NCBI GenBank assembly: GCA_035524575.1
Contig: DATKON010000132.1
Location: 4,643 to 68,642, forward strand
Direction: 5' to 3'
Source of the DNA: Rhizomicrobium sp.
GTDB taxonomy: Bacteria > Pseudomonadota > Alphaproteobacteria > Micropepsales > Micropepsaceae
Length of the DNA: 64,000 bases
Part shown: positions 34,138 through 43,763 of the stretch, one piece after another
How the letters are laid out: each line of letters begins with the position of its first letter
How positions within the stretch are numbered: position 1 is the first letter of the stretch
Notes under the pieces: model-generated
What the model saw: the letters and a program-made list of their open reading frames with translations, nothing else
Told to the model about the DNA's origin: nothing
The model's database searches: none
Made by a program: the position numbers and the translations under genes

Positions 34138-34152
34138 TTAACGTGAATTTAA
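34138..34152. promoter_or_regulatory. Perfect CtrA-box consensus TTAA-N7-TTAA upstream of the Wza-like gene
   Basis: gTTAAcgtgaatTTAAa was read directly. It lies 69 bp upstream of the ATG at 34221. Confidence 0.35.
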
Positions 34153-34220
34153 ATAGGGTCTAACTTTGGCCTCACTGATAATGTGTAAGAAGCAGGCCTA
34201 GAAAGCGACGGGTTGGAGCG

Positions 34221-34829
34221 ATGAAGCAGGCCATATGGAATGTGACAAAGGCGGGAGCCATTGTCGCCTTGATAGCGGCCGGCTTCGTGGCCGTTTCGGG
34301 CGCGCCGATGAAAGCTTATGCGGCTGAAACTGCGGCGGCTCCTGACAATGACACCGCCAAGCCGGGCACCAGCGCCTATCGTCTCGACACGGGCGACAAA
34401 GTGAAAGTCACCGTCTACGGCGAAGACGATCTCTCGGGCGAATTCGATGTCGACGGCAGCGGCTTCGTGCGCCTGCCGCTGATCGGTCAGGTCCGGGCCG
34501 CGGGTCTGTCGCTGCGGGAATTCGAAAATGCGGTCGAGGCCAAGCTGGCCGCGGGCTATCTCGTGAATCCGAAAGTGAGCGTCGAAGTGACGAACTATCG
34601 GCCGTTCACGATCCTCGGCGAAGTCAACAAGCCGGGCGAATACCCCTATGAAAACGGCATGACCGTGTTGAACGCCGTGGCACTCGGCGGCGGGTACACG
34701 TACCGCGCGGATAAGGACGAAGTCTATATTCGTCGTAAAGGTTCGCAGATGGAAGTGAAGCTGCCGGCCGACGACAGGACGGCGGTTTATCCTGGCGATA
34801 CCGTGCGGGTCGACGAGCGGATTTTCTGA
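34221..34829 (+). CDS. Polysaccharide export outer-membrane/periplasmic protein (Wza/GumB/ExoF-like)
   Basis: Signal peptide, the Poly_export motif YRLDTGDKVKVTVYGEDDLSGEF.VD..G.V.LPLIG.V.A.G, and an SLBB-like C-terminus. Confidence 0.85.
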   Translation: MKQAIWNVTKAGAIVALIAAGFVAVSGAPMKAYAAETAAAPDNDTAKPGTSAYRLDTGDKVKVTVYGEDDLSGEFDVDGSGFVRLPLIGQVRAAGLSLREFENAVEAKLAAGYLVNPKVSVEVTNYRPFTILGEVNKPGEYPYENGMTVLNAVALGGGYTYRADKDEVYIRRKGSQMEVKLPADDRTAVYPGDTVRVDERIF

Positions 34830-35184
34830 GCCTGATGCGGCTTCGGGGCCGGCTGGCATGTCAGATTTCGCGGTTTTTGCCCGAAATGTCGTGCGCGTTC
34901 CAACGCAGCCGAGGATCCGTCGTTAACGTGTCCATACACGCCTCGCTTGTGATCGGGGTCACACCAAGGCGAGGCGAGTAACCATGCTGTTGTTTCACCT
35001 ACACGATTAGCCTAAACTTCATATATTTCGCAGGCGCGAGCATTGCCAATTTGTACAGGAACGCGTAACTTCTTTTCTAGGGACCGGGGAAACCGCAGAG
35101 TTGTGCGCGTTCTACGTGTCGCGCATTAAGCTTTGATAATCGGCCGTTCGGCTGAAGCCGGCCTAGCCAATGTTTGGGGGTGCC

Positions 35185-35820
35185 ATGACCAAGACGAAGA
35201 CACATATCGCAAAATTTTCGGCGATTGCCTGGATGAGCGTTGCGGCGATTGCGTTGTCCGCCGCGACGGTTGGCGCAGCAACGGATTTGTCGGCGTCGGA
35301 TCTCTCGAGCATCGATACGGCGGTCGGTAACGCGATCGCTGCCGCAAAGGCGAACTTGCCGGCGACTGCGTCGCGCGCGGATCTCGACGCGGCGGTTGCG
35401 GCGGCGATCAGCAACGAAACGCAAGCGCTGATCTCGCAATATGGTCAAACCAACCCGATGCTGGTGGCGGAGGCTGTCATTACGGCGTCCGAACACGCCG
35501 GTGCGAACCCGAATGAAATCGGGACCGGCATGGCGAACGCTGCGCTCGCAGAGAACTCCGCGACGGGCCTTGAGATTGCCGATGCGATCGGTTCGACGGC
35601 TCCCCGGGGCGCTGTTGCGGCATTCCAGCGGACGGCCTCTGCGGCAGGCGGGAACGGCACGACCTTGGCTGACGCTGCGAATTCTTATGAGAACATCGGC
35701 GCCGGCAACGGCGGCGGCGGCGGAAACGGCAACCGCGGCGGCTTCTTCGGTGGCAACGGCAATGGCAACGGCCAGGGTGGCGGCGGCGGTGGTGGATGCC
35801 GCAACCCGAGCTGCACGTAA
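35185..35820 (+). CDS. Secreted Ala-rich protein with a Gly/Asn-rich tail ending in C-x4-C (unknown function)
   Basis: ATG at 35185 with RBS gggggtg. It has a signal peptide (AIAWMSVAAIALSAATVGAA) and a helical Ala-rich body. The tail reads GAGNGGGGGNGNRGGFFGGNGNGNGQGGGGGGGCRNPSCT. Confidence 0.6.
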   Translation: MTKTKTHIAKFSAIAWMSVAAIALSAATVGAATDLSASDLSSIDTAVGNAIAAAKANLPATASRADLDAAVAAAISNETQALISQYGQTNPMLVAEAVITASEHAGANPNEIGTGMANAALAENSATGLEIADAIGSTAPRGAVAAFQRTASAAGGNGTTLADAANSYENIGAGNGGGGGNGNRGGFFGGNGNGNGQGGGGGGGCRNPSCT

Positions 35821-35918
35821 GCTCGACGTAATCGTCTGGCGGAGCGCCGGGCAGACATGCTCGGCGACCGCATTTCAAAAGACGACCTGAAAAACATATT
35901 TAGACGTTGGGGACGGCA

Positions 35919-37280
35919 ATGGGTTTGAAACGGCTAGTCACGGCTGGGCTTGTGACAAGTTTCGGGGCGTTTACGTTAAGTCTTAACGCTTTCGCGGATG
36001 CTCCGACGAATTCGCCGGTCGTTTCGGCGCCGGCGAGCAATCAGTCCGCCGGCGGCCCCACGGTCTGGAACGCCAATCAGGAAATATCGGCGCTCACGCC
36101 GCAGCGCGAGCTCGATCCGGAATACATGGCCAAGGGAATTCCTCTGGGCGTGTTCCGGCTCTTCCCCAATCTCGTGACCAGCGTCTCCTACGACGACAAC
36201 GTGTTCCGCCAACCGAGCAATTCGGGCGGGGTCAAGGACGACTTCTTCTTCACCGAAATCCCCACGCTGATTCTGGACTACGAGACCAACGAAGCCCATG
36301 TCGATTTCTACGCCGACGGAACGTTTGATCAATACGCACGCCTGACGACCGTCAATACGAAGCAATATGACTTCGGCACCAAAGGCACGTATCAGATCAC
36401 CCGCGCCATGACGTTCAACGGCAATATCAGCTACAGCCAGATTGCCGAGGCGCTGTCGTCATCGGACACGGTCGCCTCGCAGAGCGCGCCGAACCTCTAC
36501 ACGCTGTTCGATGTCAGCGGCCAGTTCGAGTACAAGCCCAACCGGCTTGGATTTACGGCGGGCGGCAGCCATGACGAGTACCACTTCTTCAACACGCCTC
36601 TGTTCGGCGGCGGCAAGCTTTACAACCACGATCGCAACAACACGATCGACAAAGGATTTGGCGAAGCGAGCTATGACTTCTCGCCGGGTTACGCGGGCTA
36701 CGTACGGGCTACATACAACAACGACAGCTTCGAGCAGTACTACGACCGGTCGGGCTACCACCGCGACTCGCACGGCTATCAGGTCGACGCCGGTGTGAAC
36801 CTCCTGCTGGGGAACCTCGTTCAGGGCACGGTCTATCTCGGTTATGTGGACCAGCTCTATTCGCATCAGCAGCAGCCGGGCCTGGTGCCGCTCCAGGACA
36901 TCAACGGCCTCGATTTCGGCGCCAACCTGATCTGGTACCCGACCGAGCTGATCACGGTCCAATTGACGGGCTCGCGCCAGATCGTGAACACGACCTTTGC
37001 CGGCTCCTCTGGCGGCGACGATCGCAACGTGAACCTCTCGGCGAACTGGGAACTCACCCGCCAGATCTGGCTCAATGCGAATTTCGGCTACGATGATACG
37101 ACCTACAAGGGCATCAATCTCGACGAGACCACTCCGACCTTCGGCGTAGGGATGAAATACATCATCTCGCATTACGCGATGGCCCAGTTGAGCTATCAAT
37201 ACGCCACCCGCGACGCGACGTTCTCAGGCCTGAACTACAACGACAATCTGGTCACCCTCGGACTTAACCTTCAGATCTGA
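35919..37280 (+). CDS. Outer-membrane beta-barrel protein associated with polysaccharide loci
   Basis: It has a signal peptide (LVTAGLVTSFGAFTLSLNAFA) and alternating hydrophobic/aromatic beta-strand periodicity throughout. The terminal strand is LVTLGLNLQI. It resembles the BBP2-type barrels found in EPS clusters, from memory only. Confidence 0.65.
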   Translation: MGLKRLVTAGLVTSFGAFTLSLNAFADAPTNSPVVSAPASNQSAGGPTVWNANQEISALTPQRELDPEYMAKGIPLGVFRLFPNLVTSVSYDDNVFRQPSNSGGVKDDFFFTEIPTLILDYETNEAHVDFYADGTFDQYARLTTVNTKQYDFGTKGTYQITRAMTFNGNISYSQIAEALSSSDTVASQSAPNLYTLFDVSGQFEYKPNRLGFTAGGSHDEYHFFNTPLFGGGKLYNHDRNNTIDKGFGEASYDFSPGYAGYVRATYNNDSFEQYYDRSGYHRDSHGYQVDAGVNLLLGNLVQGTVYLGYVDQLYSHQQQPGLVPLQDINGLDFGANLIWYPTELITVQLTGSRQIVNTTFAGSSGGDDRNVNLSANWELTRQIWLNANFGYDDTTYKGINLDETTPTFGVGMKYIISHYAMAQLSYQYATRDATFSGLNYNDNLVTLGLNLQI

Positions 37281-37413
37281 TTGTTCTGGCGCGAGGTGGC
37301 CCGACGGGGTTGTCTAACCCCGCCGGGATGACTTAAATGCCTGCCGGCTGGGTGCCTGGAGGGCAGGCAGACCCGCGCGCGAGATCGCGCCAAACGTCGA
37401 AGGTAGCAACCGG

Positions 37414-39705
37414 ATGAACGTTCAAACGCGGCTCGATAGCGCCGAGCAGCAAGCGGAATTTGCACCCGCCGAAGCTACACAGTCCAATTCGACTCAAGTT
37501 TCGCTGATCGAAATCTGGCAGATCGCTCGCCTGCGTGCGCGCGTCATTCTCGGCGCCGCCGCTGCGATCCTTATTCTTGTCGCCCTCATCGATCTCTCGC
37601 TGACGCCTCTCTACAAAGGCAGCGCGATCGTGATGATCGATCAGCGCGAGAACAAAGTCGTCAATGTCGAAGCGGTGTTGTCGGGGCTGCCGACGGATCA
37701 GGCCTCCATCCTCAATCAGATTCAAATTCTGCAGTCGCGCGAACTCGCGTGGCGCGTGATCCAGAGGCTCGGTCTCGACAAGGATCCCGAGTTTAACGGC
37801 GCGCTGCGCAAATCCTGGACGAGCTATCTCGCATTCCTCAGCCCGTCGAGCTGGTTTCCCGGTCCGCCGATGTCGGAGCAGGAACGGCAGCAGAAGCTGA
37901 AGGACGGACTGATTTCGAAGTTCGAAGCGCGGCTCGGCGTGCAGCAGCTCGAATTGTCGACGGCGTTGAAGATCGATTTCGAATCCGAGAATGCCAACAA
38001 GGCCGCGATGATCGCCAATGCGGTGGCGGATGCTTATGTCGAGGACCAGCTCAACGCGAAGTTCGAAGCGACGCTGAAGGCGACCCAGTGGCTCGGCAGC
38101 CGTCTTGGACAGCTCGCGGACCAGGCCCGCCGGGCCCAGGATGCCGTCGAGCAGTACAAGGCCGCCCATCACATCACCGAAGTGACGGCATCCACCGGCT
38201 CGGGGACGATCTCGGTTCTCGACCAGCAGATCGCGGCGCTGAATACGCAGCTGATCCAGGCGCACACGGACGTGGCGCAGGCCGAAGCCAATCTGGCGCG
38301 CGTGCGTACGCTCGTGAGCTCGGGCCATGCCGCGGAAGTGACGCAGGTCGTCGGCTCGACCCTCATCGGAACGCTGATCGCGCAGCAGACGGAGCTGATC
38401 CAGAAGCAGGCCGAGATGTCGACGCGCTACGGCCCGGATCATCCGAAGATGCTCGACCTTCAGGCCGAGAAGCGCGATCTTGATGCCAAGATCAAGGAAG
38501 AGATCAGCCACGTCGTCGGTACGGCGGAGAACGATGTCGCGGTGGCGCGTGCACGCGAAGCCTCGCTGCAATCGAGCCTCAATCAGCTCGAGTCGGATTC
38601 GACGGTGCAGGGCGAAGCCCGCGTCAGGCTGCGCGTCCTCGAAGCCAACGCCGCATCCAGCCAGGCGCTCTACGATACGTTCGTGGCACGTTCGAAAGAG
38701 ACGCAGCAACAGGAAGGCCTGCAGATCCCGGATGCGCGGGTGATCTCGCGTTCGGCAATTCCGAATTCTCCGAGCTATCCGAACAATATTCTGGTGTTCG
38801 GCGTGGCTATCGTGGCCTCGCTGTTCACCGGTTTCGTCGTCGCGTTTCTGCTGGAACGCCTCGACCACGGCTTCCGCACCAGCACGAGAGCCGAAGCCGT
38901 TCTCGGCTTGCCGGTGCTTTCGACCCTGCCTGACGTCACGCCGGCACGGTCGGTGGGATTTAGCCCTTCGCATCTGAGCCTCAAATCCCAAGACGGGCCG
39001 TCGCTCAATGCGGCCGACCTCGTCATCGAACGACCGCTTTCGTCTTATGCCGAAGCCGTCCGCGCGCTTCAGCTCGGGATCGCGCTATCCAATGTCGACA
39101 ATGCGCCGAAAGTCGTGCTGATCACGTCGGCGCTGCCGGGCGAGGGAAAGACAACCACGGCGGTGTCGCTGGCGCGCCATCTCTCCCAGACGGGCCAGAA
39201 GGTTGTGCTGGTGGACGGCGACCTGCGGCGCCCCAACGTGAAATCGGTCGCCGAGCTCGGCGAGATTTCGAAGGACCTGATCGATCTCCTCAAAGGAGAT
39301 GTGACGCTCGAAGAAGCGCTGATGAAGGATCCGAAGAGCGGTGTGATGATCCTCCCCGCCGCCAAGCACGTGAAAAATGCGCCGGACCTGATCGAATCGC
39401 AGTCGCTGGCGAAGACTATCAAGGATCTGAGCAAGGTCTTCGATTACGTGATCATCGACTCGGCGCCGATCCTGCCGGTGACCGACACGCGCGTCCTCAG
39501 CCGTCTCGCCGACGCGGTCCTGTTCGTGGTCCGCTGGGAGAAGACGCCGCGTGACGCTGCCGCAGATGCGATCAAATCGCTGCGCGACTCGCATGCGCCG
39601 ATTGCAGGCGTGGCGCTGACGCGCGCCGATACCAAGCGCTTCCACTATTACAGCTTCGGCTACGGCAGCTACTATTACGCCTACGCGAAGTACTACGAGG
39701 CATAG
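37414..39705 (+). CDS. Polysaccharide co-polymerase / BY-type tyrosine autokinase (Wzc/ExoP/GumC-like)
   Basis: 763 aa. It has a Wzz-like N-terminus with a TM helix, a long coiled-coil periplasmic region and a second TM helix. The cytoplasmic P-loop domain has Walker A SALPGEGKTT, Walker A' VVLVDGDLRRP and Walker B VIIDSAPILPVTD. The tail is Tyr-rich (YYSFGYGSYYYAYAKYYEA). Confidence 0.85.
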   Translation: MNVQTRLDSAEQQAEFAPAEATQSNSTQVSLIEIWQIARLRARVILGAAAAILILVALIDLSLTPLYKGSAIVMIDQRENKVVNVEAVLSGLPTDQASILNQIQILQSRELAWRVIQRLGLDKDPEFNGALRKSWTSYLAFLSPSSWFPGPPMSEQERQQKLKDGLISKFEARLGVQQLELSTALKIDFESENANKAAMIANAVADAYVEDQLNAKFEATLKATQWLGSRLGQLADQARRAQDAVEQYKAAHHITEVTASTGSGTISVLDQQIAALNTQLIQAHTDVAQAEANLARVRTLVSSGHAAEVTQVVGSTLIGTLIAQQTELIQKQAEMSTRYGPDHPKMLDLQAEKRDLDAKIKEEISHVVGTAENDVAVARAREASLQSSLNQLESDSTVQGEARVRLRVLEANAASSQALYDTFVARSKETQQQEGLQIPDARVISRSAIPNSPSYPNNILVFGVAIVASLFTGFVVAFLLERLDHGFRTSTRAEAVLGLPVLSTLPDVTPARSVGFSPSHLSLKSQDGPSLNAADLVIERPLSSYAEAVRALQLGIALSNVDNAPKVVLITSALPGEGKTTTAVSLARHLSQTGQKVVLVDGDLRRPNVKSVAELGEISKDLIDLLKGDVTLEEALMKDPKSGVMILPAAKHVKNAPDLIESQSLAKTIKDLSKVFDYVIIDSAPILPVTDTRVLSRLADAVLFVVRWEKTPRDAAADAIKSLRDSHAPIAGVALTRADTKRFHYYSFGYGSYYYAYAKYYEA

Positions 39706-39716
39706 ACCGCTTCGTC

Positions 39717-40418
39717 ATGTCTTCAATGCCGCTTCAGGCAAGAATTGTCATCGGCGGGATATTGTTCTCAGTGCCCGTGCTGCTGGCCGCGGCCGCAATC
39801 CCGAGACTCTCTGAGGGCCTGAGTGCGATCGCCTTCCATTCCGTGATCGACGCGGGGCTGCTCGGCGAGACACTTCCGCCGGTCAAGTATCGTGCCGCCG
39901 CCGATGCCTTGGCCGGTGCCTCCCCCGACGACGGCTGGTCGTTGACGGAACGCGCGCAGGTCCTGACGCTGAGCGGCGTCGACAATTCCGCCACGCTGGC
40001 GCAGGCTCGCACGATTGTCGTCGATGCCCTGCGCGATGCCCCGTCCAATCCCACGGGCTGGCTGCTCCTCTGCCAGATCGAAGCCCAGCAGAAATCGCCT
40101 GACGCCGTTGCCTGTCTCGACAATGCTTTCGCGGTGGGAGCCTACGACTGGTATACGGCCGGCCGGCGGATGTCGCTGGTGGCCAGCGAGTGGCCCTATC
40201 TCACCAAGCCGGTGCGCGACAAGGCCGTCACCTACATCCTGCCGATGTGGAACACGCTCGGCTGGCCCAGCGGCTTGACGCTGCGCGGCCCGCTCTATGC
40301 ACTTTCCTTCACAGAGAACGGACGCCAGTTGTTGCGTGCCGGCTTTGCCGGCCATCGCGACGACCTGAGAGACTTTAACCGCTACATCATCGAAGAGAAT
40401 GCCGGTGAGCAGCAGTAA
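39717..40418 (+). CDS. Hypothetical membrane-anchored protein (233 aa)
   Basis: It has an N-terminal TM helix and ordinary composition. It lies 12 bp after the Wzc stop and overlaps the next gene by 20 bp. I recognise no family. Confidence 0.5.
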   Translation: MSSMPLQARIVIGGILFSVPVLLAAAAIPRLSEGLSAIAFHSVIDAGLLGETLPPVKYRAAADALAGASPDDGWSLTERAQVLTLSGVDNSATLAQARTIVVDALRDAPSNPTGWLLLCQIEAQQKSPDAVACLDNAFAVGAYDWYTAGRRMSLVASEWPYLTKPVRDKAVTYILPMWNTLGWPSGLTLRGPLYALSFTENGRQLLRAGFAGHRDDLRDFNRYIIEENAGEQQ

Positions 40419-41862
40419 TCCCGCCGCGCGGCAATCCCAGCCTCTTCCGGCTGCCGGCCGGATCGCGCGCGTGTCGGAACGGATATCGCTCTGGCTTCTG
40501 ATTGCGATCCTCGCATGGATGCAGTTCCCGCTGGGCTCCAATCGCGACTGGGCGTGGAGCCTGCTGGTGCTTCTCATCGCCGTCGATTGGGCGGTGTGGA
40601 TACCGGCGGGACTTGCCGACGGCACCGCGCTTTCGCGTCTCGCAAGACGGCTCGCCGTTCCCGCGACGCTTATGATCGCGGTGCTCGCATGGATCTGGAT
40701 GCAAAGCCAGAGCTTCACGCCGCCCGACTGGCACGCGGATATCTGGCGCTTCGTCTCCGAGAAGCTCGCAAAGCCCGTCGCCGGGGCGATTTCGTTCAAT
40801 CCGTTCGTGACCAAAACCGAGCTGATGAAGCTCTCGAGCTACGTCGCCGTCGGCTGGCTCGCCGCAGCGCTCTCGCTCAAGCACGAAAATGCGCGCGCGC
40901 TGTTCGTTGCCATCGTCGTCATTGCGACGGCCTATTCCATCTATGGCATTGCGCTAAGCGCCTTTCATACGAGCCAGGTCACGCTGTTCGAAGGCATCCC
41001 GCCGCCCTATGAGCGCGCCGTAAGCGGCGGGCTCGTCGCCAAGAACAGCTTCGCGACCTTCACCGGTATGGCGTTGCTTGCGAGCCTGACGCTCCTCGTC
41101 GAGTCGGGCCAGCACAGAATCGTGGCGACGCGCGGCTGGCGCACCCATTTGCGCACGCTGGTGCAGTTCGGCACGGGCAAAGGCGCCGGCTGGCTGATCA
41201 CCTCGCTGGTCCTGCTGGTCGCGCTGATCGGCTCGCAGTCGCGCGCCGGGCTCATCGCCACGCTCGTTGGCCTCTTTGCCGTCTTCATGCTGTCCCTCAG
41301 CGTTTCCGCGCGACGCGGCAATGCGCGCTGGACACTGATCGGTGGCGCCGTGGCCGCCCTGGCGATCATCGCACTGTTCCTGGCCAGCGGCCATTCGGTG
41401 GCGGACCGCTTCGCCGACCTCATCGGAACGCGCGGCGCCGCCGAAATGCGGCCTCTGATGTGGGACGTCGCGGTCCGCGCCATCGCCGATCATCCGCTTC
41501 TCGGCACCGGCCTCGGCACCTATCCCGATGTCTACAGTCTCTACTCGCACATCTTCGTGCCCTATGTCGTTGACCGCGCGCACAATGACTGGCTCGAATT
41601 CACGATGGGCGTCGGAATCCCTGCGGCAGTCGCCTGGACGTTGGCGCTGCTGATCATCATCGTCCAATGCGTGACCGGCGTCCTCAGGCGCCATCGCCGT
41701 CGCAGCTACGCCATCACGGCGGTCGGCGCGGCCGTGCTCGTCGCGTTCCATTCTCTGTTCGATTTCAGCCTGCAGATGCCCGCCGTCGCAGTCCTGTTCG
41801 CGGTAATCCTCGGCATCGGCACCGGCCAGGCCCAGCCGACACGGGAAGCTGCGACGCAGTAG
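40399..41862 (+). CDS. O-antigen ligase / Wzy-type polymerase family membrane protein
   Basis: 487 aa with more than 10 TM segments and a Wzy_C-like loop (LIGSQSRAGLIATLVGLFAVF ... HNDWLEF). Confidence 0.8.
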   Translation: MPVSSSNPAARQSQPLPAAGRIARVSERISLWLLIAILAWMQFPLGSNRDWAWSLLVLLIAVDWAVWIPAGLADGTALSRLARRLAVPATLMIAVLAWIWMQSQSFTPPDWHADIWRFVSEKLAKPVAGAISFNPFVTKTELMKLSSYVAVGWLAAALSLKHENARALFVAIVVIATAYSIYGIALSAFHTSQVTLFEGIPPPYERAVSGGLVAKNSFATFTGMALLASLTLLVESGQHRIVATRGWRTHLRTLVQFGTGKGAGWLITSLVLLVALIGSQSRAGLIATLVGLFAVFMLSLSVSARRGNARWTLIGGAVAALAIIALFLASGHSVADRFADLIGTRGAAEMRPLMWDVAVRAIADHPLLGTGLGTYPDVYSLYSHIFVPYVVDRAHNDWLEFTMGVGIPAAVAWTLALLIIIVQCVTGVLRRHRRRSYAITAVGAAVLVAFHSLFDFSLQMPAVAVLFAVILGIGTGQAQPTREAATQ

Positions 41863-41897
41863 CTGAAGCGGTTTTATCCTATTGAACCACTCGTGTT

Positions 41898-42008
41898 CCG
41901 TCATCGTCCGGTCGCGCGGAACCGCGCGATCCGCGCGACCCATTTTTTGCCGGGCGCGATAACAAAATGGAGTCACCCGGACGCGCTGCGGCGCGCCGGG
42001 TGATGATG
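41898..42008. repeat. REP element of the cgtcatcg family
   Basis: The arms ccgtcatcgtccgg ... ccgggtgatgatg enclose internal hairpins (gcgcggaaccgcgc; cacccggacgcgctgcggcgcgccgggtg). Confidence 0.5.
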
Positions 42009-42037
42009 TCTGCAGGGAGGATGATTTAGTCCCAGCT

Positions 42038-42961
42038 CTAGATCGGGTTCACCGTGAACCCCGCGCGCGGGAAATGCACCACGACATCGCCGGCCTCAGG
42101 ATCCTGTCGAGCGATCGCGATCTCCTGCGCATTGGTGAAAACGATTTCGCCGGCCACCGCATCGCGGCCATAATCGTCCGCCGCCACCGTCACGCGGTCA
42201 CCCGGCTTGAGGCCGCGAGGCTCGTACGGATCGGGACGCGGCTCCGCTTCCGGGGTCGCCGCCTTGGCGATTGCAAGCGCCTCCTTGCCGTCCATCGGTG
42301 CCGGCTTGCCGTGCCCGATCGCGGTGACGCGCTCGTACCAAGCGTCGATCGCGGGGAATTCCTTCAGCAACGACGCCGTCGTTGCCGCGATGGTGCCCTT
42401 CATGAACCAGAAATTCATATAGGCATGGATGTCGAGCGCGGTCGGCGTCTCGCCCGTCATGAATTTCTGTCCGTCGCGCAACTGGTCGGCAACGAAGCTC
42501 GCATGCGCGCGCCACTGATCCTTCATGAACGGCGCGGCGGCCTTCATCGCCTCGGTCGAGAAGGTGCCGCCGGACATTTCGGCGCGATCCTTCTTGAAGT
42601 CCTCCGGCACCATGTGCCCGATCTCGCCGAAAATGACCGGCACGCTGGCCATGAAGAAAAGCCGGTCGGTCCAGAACGCGACGCCGTAGGGAAGTCCCTT
42701 GGCGTGCCGGAAGAGACTCGGCTCGGGAAAGCGCCGCTCGAGCTCGCGGATGATGAGCTGGGAGTCGCAGTAGATGTCGGCGCCGATCTGCATGACCGGC
42801 GTCTTGCGATAGCCGCCGGTCAACGGTGTCAGCAACGGCTTCGGCAGCATCGACGGGATCTCGACGGAGCGCCAGGCAAGCTTCTTGATTCCGAACACGC
42901 GCCGCACTTTTTCCGAGAACGGCGAGGTCGCGAAATTGTGGAAGATGATTTCGTGGGTCAT
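42038..42961 (-). CDS. Glutathione S-transferase family protein with a C-terminal extension
   Basis: It has a GST N-terminal thioredoxin-like domain (FHNFATSPFSEKVR..., KTPVMQIGADIYCDSQLIIRELE). 307 aa. Confidence 0.75.
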   Translation of the reverse strand: MTHEIIFHNFATSPFSEKVRRVFGIKKLAWRSVEIPSMLPKPLLTPLTGGYRKTPVMQIGADIYCDSQLIIRELERRFPEPSLFRHAKGLPYGVAFWTDRLFFMASVPVIFGEIGHMVPEDFKKDRAEMSGGTFSTEAMKAAAPFMKDQWRAHASFVADQLRDGQKFMTGETPTALDIHAYMNFWFMKGTIAATTASLLKEFPAIDAWYERVTAIGHGKPAPMDGKEALAIAKAATPEAEPRPDPYEPRGLKPGDRVTVAADDYGRDAVAGEIVFTNAQEIAIARQDPEAGDVVVHFPRAGFTVNPI

Positions 42962-42965
42962 GGCG

Positions 42966-43754
42966 TCAGCTCAATTCGTTGGAGAAGCGGATATTGTCGG
43001 CCTTGATGCCTTCGAGCACGACGTCGAGCCCGCCGGAGCGGATCATCCATTCCAGGCGATGGTCGCGATATTCGCGCTTGAACAGTCCCGCCTTCACCGC
43101 GTCGGCAACATTGGTCATCCCTTTCATGGAATCCGCCGCGGCCTTCGCGGTCTTGGCCACCGACGGCCGCGCATTGGCGCGCGCGAGCCATTGGCCGAGT
43201 GTGGAATTCTCGAAGGGGCCGATGCCGTTGCCGCGAGCACCGTTCAGATACGGAACGACCGACAGATCGGCCCAGCCGAACGTCTTGCCGCCGAACCATT
43301 CGGCATCGCCCAGGAGCCGCGACAGCCAGTCGTAAATCCCGCGCGCCTGCGCCGCCGCGCGCCGCTCGATCTCCTGCGCCCGCAGGCCTTCCGCGCGCCG
43401 GAACCAGCGGATCTCGCCCATGCCCCAGTTGATCGGCTCGAAGGTCGTGTCCATTACGTCTTCGATGGTGCGCGCGCGGGCGCGGCCAAGCGGATCTTTC
43501 GGCAGCAGCGGCGGCGTCGGCCAGTTGTCCTCGATATATTCGAGGATGATCGTGGAGTCGAACAGCGCCGCTTCGTCGTGGATCAGTGCGGGCACTTCGC
43601 CGCGCGGATTGGCTTTCAGGAATTCGCGGTCGATCTGTCCCGTTCCGATCGCGGCCGGCATCTTGGTCTCGTAGGGGACGCCTTTTTCGTCGAGCGCGAT
43701 CTTCACCTTCTGCGCATAGGGACTTAACGGGTGCTCATAGACAATGAGGGCCAC
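42966..43754 (-). CDS. Glutathione S-transferase family protein
   Basis: LIVYEHPLSPYAQKVKIAL, NPRGEVPAL.HD...LFDSTIILEYIED. Confidence 0.85.
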   Translation of the reverse strand: MALIVYEHPLSPYAQKVKIALDEKGVPYETKMPAAIGTGQIDREFLKANPRGEVPALIHDEAALFDSTIILEYIEDNWPTPPLLPKDPLGRARARTIEDVMDTTFEPINWGMGEIRWFRRAEGLRAQEIERRAAAQARGIYDWLSRLLGDAEWFGGKTFGWADLSVVPYLNGARGNGIGPFENSTLGQWLARANARPSVAKTAKAAADSMKGMTNVADAVKAGLFKREYRDHRLEWMIRSGGLDVVLEGIKADNIRFSNELS

Positions 43755-43763
43755 GGCTTTCTC

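Noticed and set aside
37333-38991. 552-aa minus-strand ORF opposite the Wzc/ExoP-like gene
   Set aside because: It is a shadow ORF. The plus strand shows the TM-coiled coil-TM-P-loop architecture and Tyr-rich tail of BY-kinases.
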